A stretch of DNA of 64,000 nucleotides from Mobula hypostoma (Eukaryota): assembly GCF_963921235.1 (NCBI RefSeq), contig NC_086109.1, positions 30,692,001 to 30,756,000 on the forward strand. Direction: 5' to 3'. Position numbers and translations under genes: made by a program. Shown piece by piece: positions 61,349 through 64,000 of this stretch. Below the pieces are notes generated by a model, which had not been told where the DNA came from, searched no databases, and saw nothing but the letters and a program-made list of their open reading frames with translations. The first letter of the stretch is position 1, and each line of letters starts with the position of its first letter.

Positions 61349-62944
61349 ATTACTGGAAGATTTACTGAACATGTGTATCGGTGATTATATAAAAACACAA
61401 ACAAGCATAGGAAAGTTAAACTATAAATGAAAACATTAGAAAAGTAACAAATCTGCACCTTAATCCGACATGGGTGAGTCTAAGCCATATGCATAAATCC
61501 AGGAAATTGCGTCCAATTATGACGTGAGAGTTAAACATGCTATTATATTTTTTTTCCCAGTAACTGAAAAGATATTTAAATCATGATAATCCTAAATTAC
61601 CCATCCTCTTCACTACTCCCAGCATCCACTACCAAGCCCCCACTGCCTCTCACCACCATGAATTAGGTGCTACTCATAATCTATACAGCATTTAATCCTT
61701 CATTTTGACTTCTGGCCAAAGCTCCTGCTGAGTTTAGTTACTGGCAAGACTTGATTAAACCCAAAATAACCTGGTATTTTATTTTCATCTATTCCTTTGG
61801 CTCCACTAATTTGTGCCTAATATAGATTGTTATAGCTGCTAATTAATATAACTAGTCAAACAAGCAAGGCTACTGTCAAACTTTCACCTGCTCAAATAAA
61901 TCACCATATTTAGTGACTTTGCACTGCACATCCATACTTTAAGAGAGCTAATAAAATATGCATGACAACATATATATTTTATCACTGTGTGCTTGTGAGG
62001 TTGCGGTTAAACTGAGATGCAAATACAACGATCAGAGTAAGGGGAAAGAAATGGTAAGATGAAAGCTTATGATAGTAAACACAGCAGAGTGAGTTAGGCA
62101 TTGCAGTTTCAGGTTTAACTGTCAGGTGCTTCAAAAAATAACTTTGTGTCAAAATCTGTCCATGGTCAAAGAATCTGGACCTGAGGACCAAAGGATTAAC
62201 TTGATATTAGGAAGTATTACAGAATTATTAATGTTAGCTGTGCAGGAACAGCTCAAATAATTCCACCAAAATAGAAAGTAACTTGATTTCTTCCTGTTAT
62301 CTTAAATAACCTGAATTGTCAACACTGAGATTATCTACACAGGATAATCTATCAAACTATTGTTACAAAATAGAACGATCAATAAGAAACTCTCTCATTT
62401 GTATAGCATTTTTACCTCACTTACAGTTTTTCAAAACTCACTTTATTGAAGTACCTTCCACATTGTAATGCAGGAGATCAAACAGTCAATTTATGTTCTG
62501 CAAGCTCTCACAAGCATACATACAAGATGATTTTATTTTTACTGATGATTACACACTAAATTTTGGCCAAGCCACTGGGGATAATTTCTCTGCTTTGTTT
62601 TTCCCAATTATTACACTAGGTTCTTATTTGGCTCTAAGGAAACTCAGATCATTCAGCATCAAGGCTCAACAGGTGATTATCACAGTTTCTTTCCAATCAT
62701 CATAGCCCTGTTCCACACTCTCTGTCAACTCAGTGTGGTCCATTTTCCTTTAAGCCTAACTAGTTCTCTGGAGAATTTCTTGAACTCTTGTGTAGAACCT
62801 AAGAAAAAAGTGAATTAGAGGATTGTTGGTGTATTAATAGAATTAACATCCAATACACTAAAAATAATACCAATGCAGCACCACCAAGTATACTCAATGT
62901 GTCAGATCATTGGAGTTTTTCTGTGAATGGGATCTTTTGGACAA

Positions 62945-63680
62945 TATTTCAAGTTTATTGTCATTCAACCATATACATGTATACTGTCAAACAAGACAAC
63001 GTTCTGTCATGGTCCTGACTGTACAGCAGCAAGCATCCAAGTTTCCACGCTCCACTCTCCCAGAGAATGGTTAGCTGCTGCTGGCTCTTTAAGACTCAGA
63101 CTGCCTGTTATTGCCTGCCATAACCCATCATGGAAGGTCTGTACTTAAAGGCCTTGTGCTGAGCACTCAGTGCTCAATCATATGAGTTCCACTTCTAGTA
63201 CTACTGTTTGTGATTTCGCCTTTGGATTCCATTTGTGTCATCCTGCTTATTTCGAATCTGAGTCTCTGTTAATTCTAGACCTTATTCTGTCTTGGATTCA
63301 CCACCATCCATTGTTTAATGTTCCTCCAGACCAAGGTGCACAACACATGCAGTGTAACTCACACACATAACACATAAAGTAATATTACCACAAATAAATT
63401 AACAATTAATACAGTACATATGTGATACAAGTTAAAAAATAGACAGTATAAAGCAATTGGCGCTTCATAGGTGATGAGACCTTGTGGCGGTGGGAAGTTC
63501 TCTAGTCTGATGGCCTGAGGGAACAAGTTGTTTCCTATCCTAACAGTTTTTGTCCTAATGTTATGGTACCTCCTACCTAATGGTAGGGGGTCAAAGAAAC
63601 TGTTGGACAAATGGGAGGGATCACTGAAAATGCTCAGGGTTCTACGTATGCGGCACTCCTAATGAATATTTCTAATGGGA
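62945..63680 (-). mobile_element. Rex1/Babar LINE 3' fragment, interrupted by about 310 bp of LTR-like sequence (63005-63318)
   Basis: FDPLPLGRRYHNIRTKTVRIGNNLFPQAIR; the insert starts TGTCATGG and is flanked by GTTC on both sides. Confidence 0.75.
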
Positions 63681-64000
63681 ATAAATTATGAAGTATGCTG
63701 GTTTGTCATAATAACATTCAATTTTAAATAGCAGGTATTGAAATTTAAAATAATGCAAGACTCCAGATTACTGATGTTAGAATAATCTTTCTTCATCCTT
63801 TTTAAAGCAGCAATTGCCTCACATCTGCATGCTCAGTGTATTAATACAGTGAGATGCTGTGATGACAACTAGTTTTACAACAGAACTTAATGGGCAGCTT
63901 GATTTAATATGGCCCATGGTTTTGAATTCATGATGACATTTGCTGTTTGCGCCAACCCTTACCTTTCATTGTTGATCTTGCCATCCAAGAGCACTGAGTT

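Overview
Vertebrate non-genic (intergenic or intronic) DNA. The repeat content (HE1/V-SINE-like SINEs, CR1 LINEs with an SGNH-esterase ORF1, Rex1/Babar LINEs, Penelope-like elements) points to a cartilaginous fish, probably a ray or shark; this is inference. I found no convincing host exon, and essentially all long ORFs are transposon-derived. The window is a dense, deeply nested TE archive: CR1, Rex1/Babar, L2, Tx1, R4/Dong, Penelope-like (RT + GIY-YIG), a sushi-like Ty3/Gypsy element, solo LTRs, Tc1/mariner and pogo-type MITEs, and several SINE families. The most notable signal is a minimal type I hammerhead ribozyme motif (stem I-CUGANGA-stem II-GAAACGUC-stem I') present in more than a dozen copies. 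It lies at the 3' end of the Penelope-like elements and also in short stand-alone or fold-back inserts flanked by target-site duplications (TSDs). Three copies have an intact core; older ones have decayed mainly at the CpGs of the cleavage site. Coordinates of degenerate elements are approximate, as they were read by eye with no database searches.
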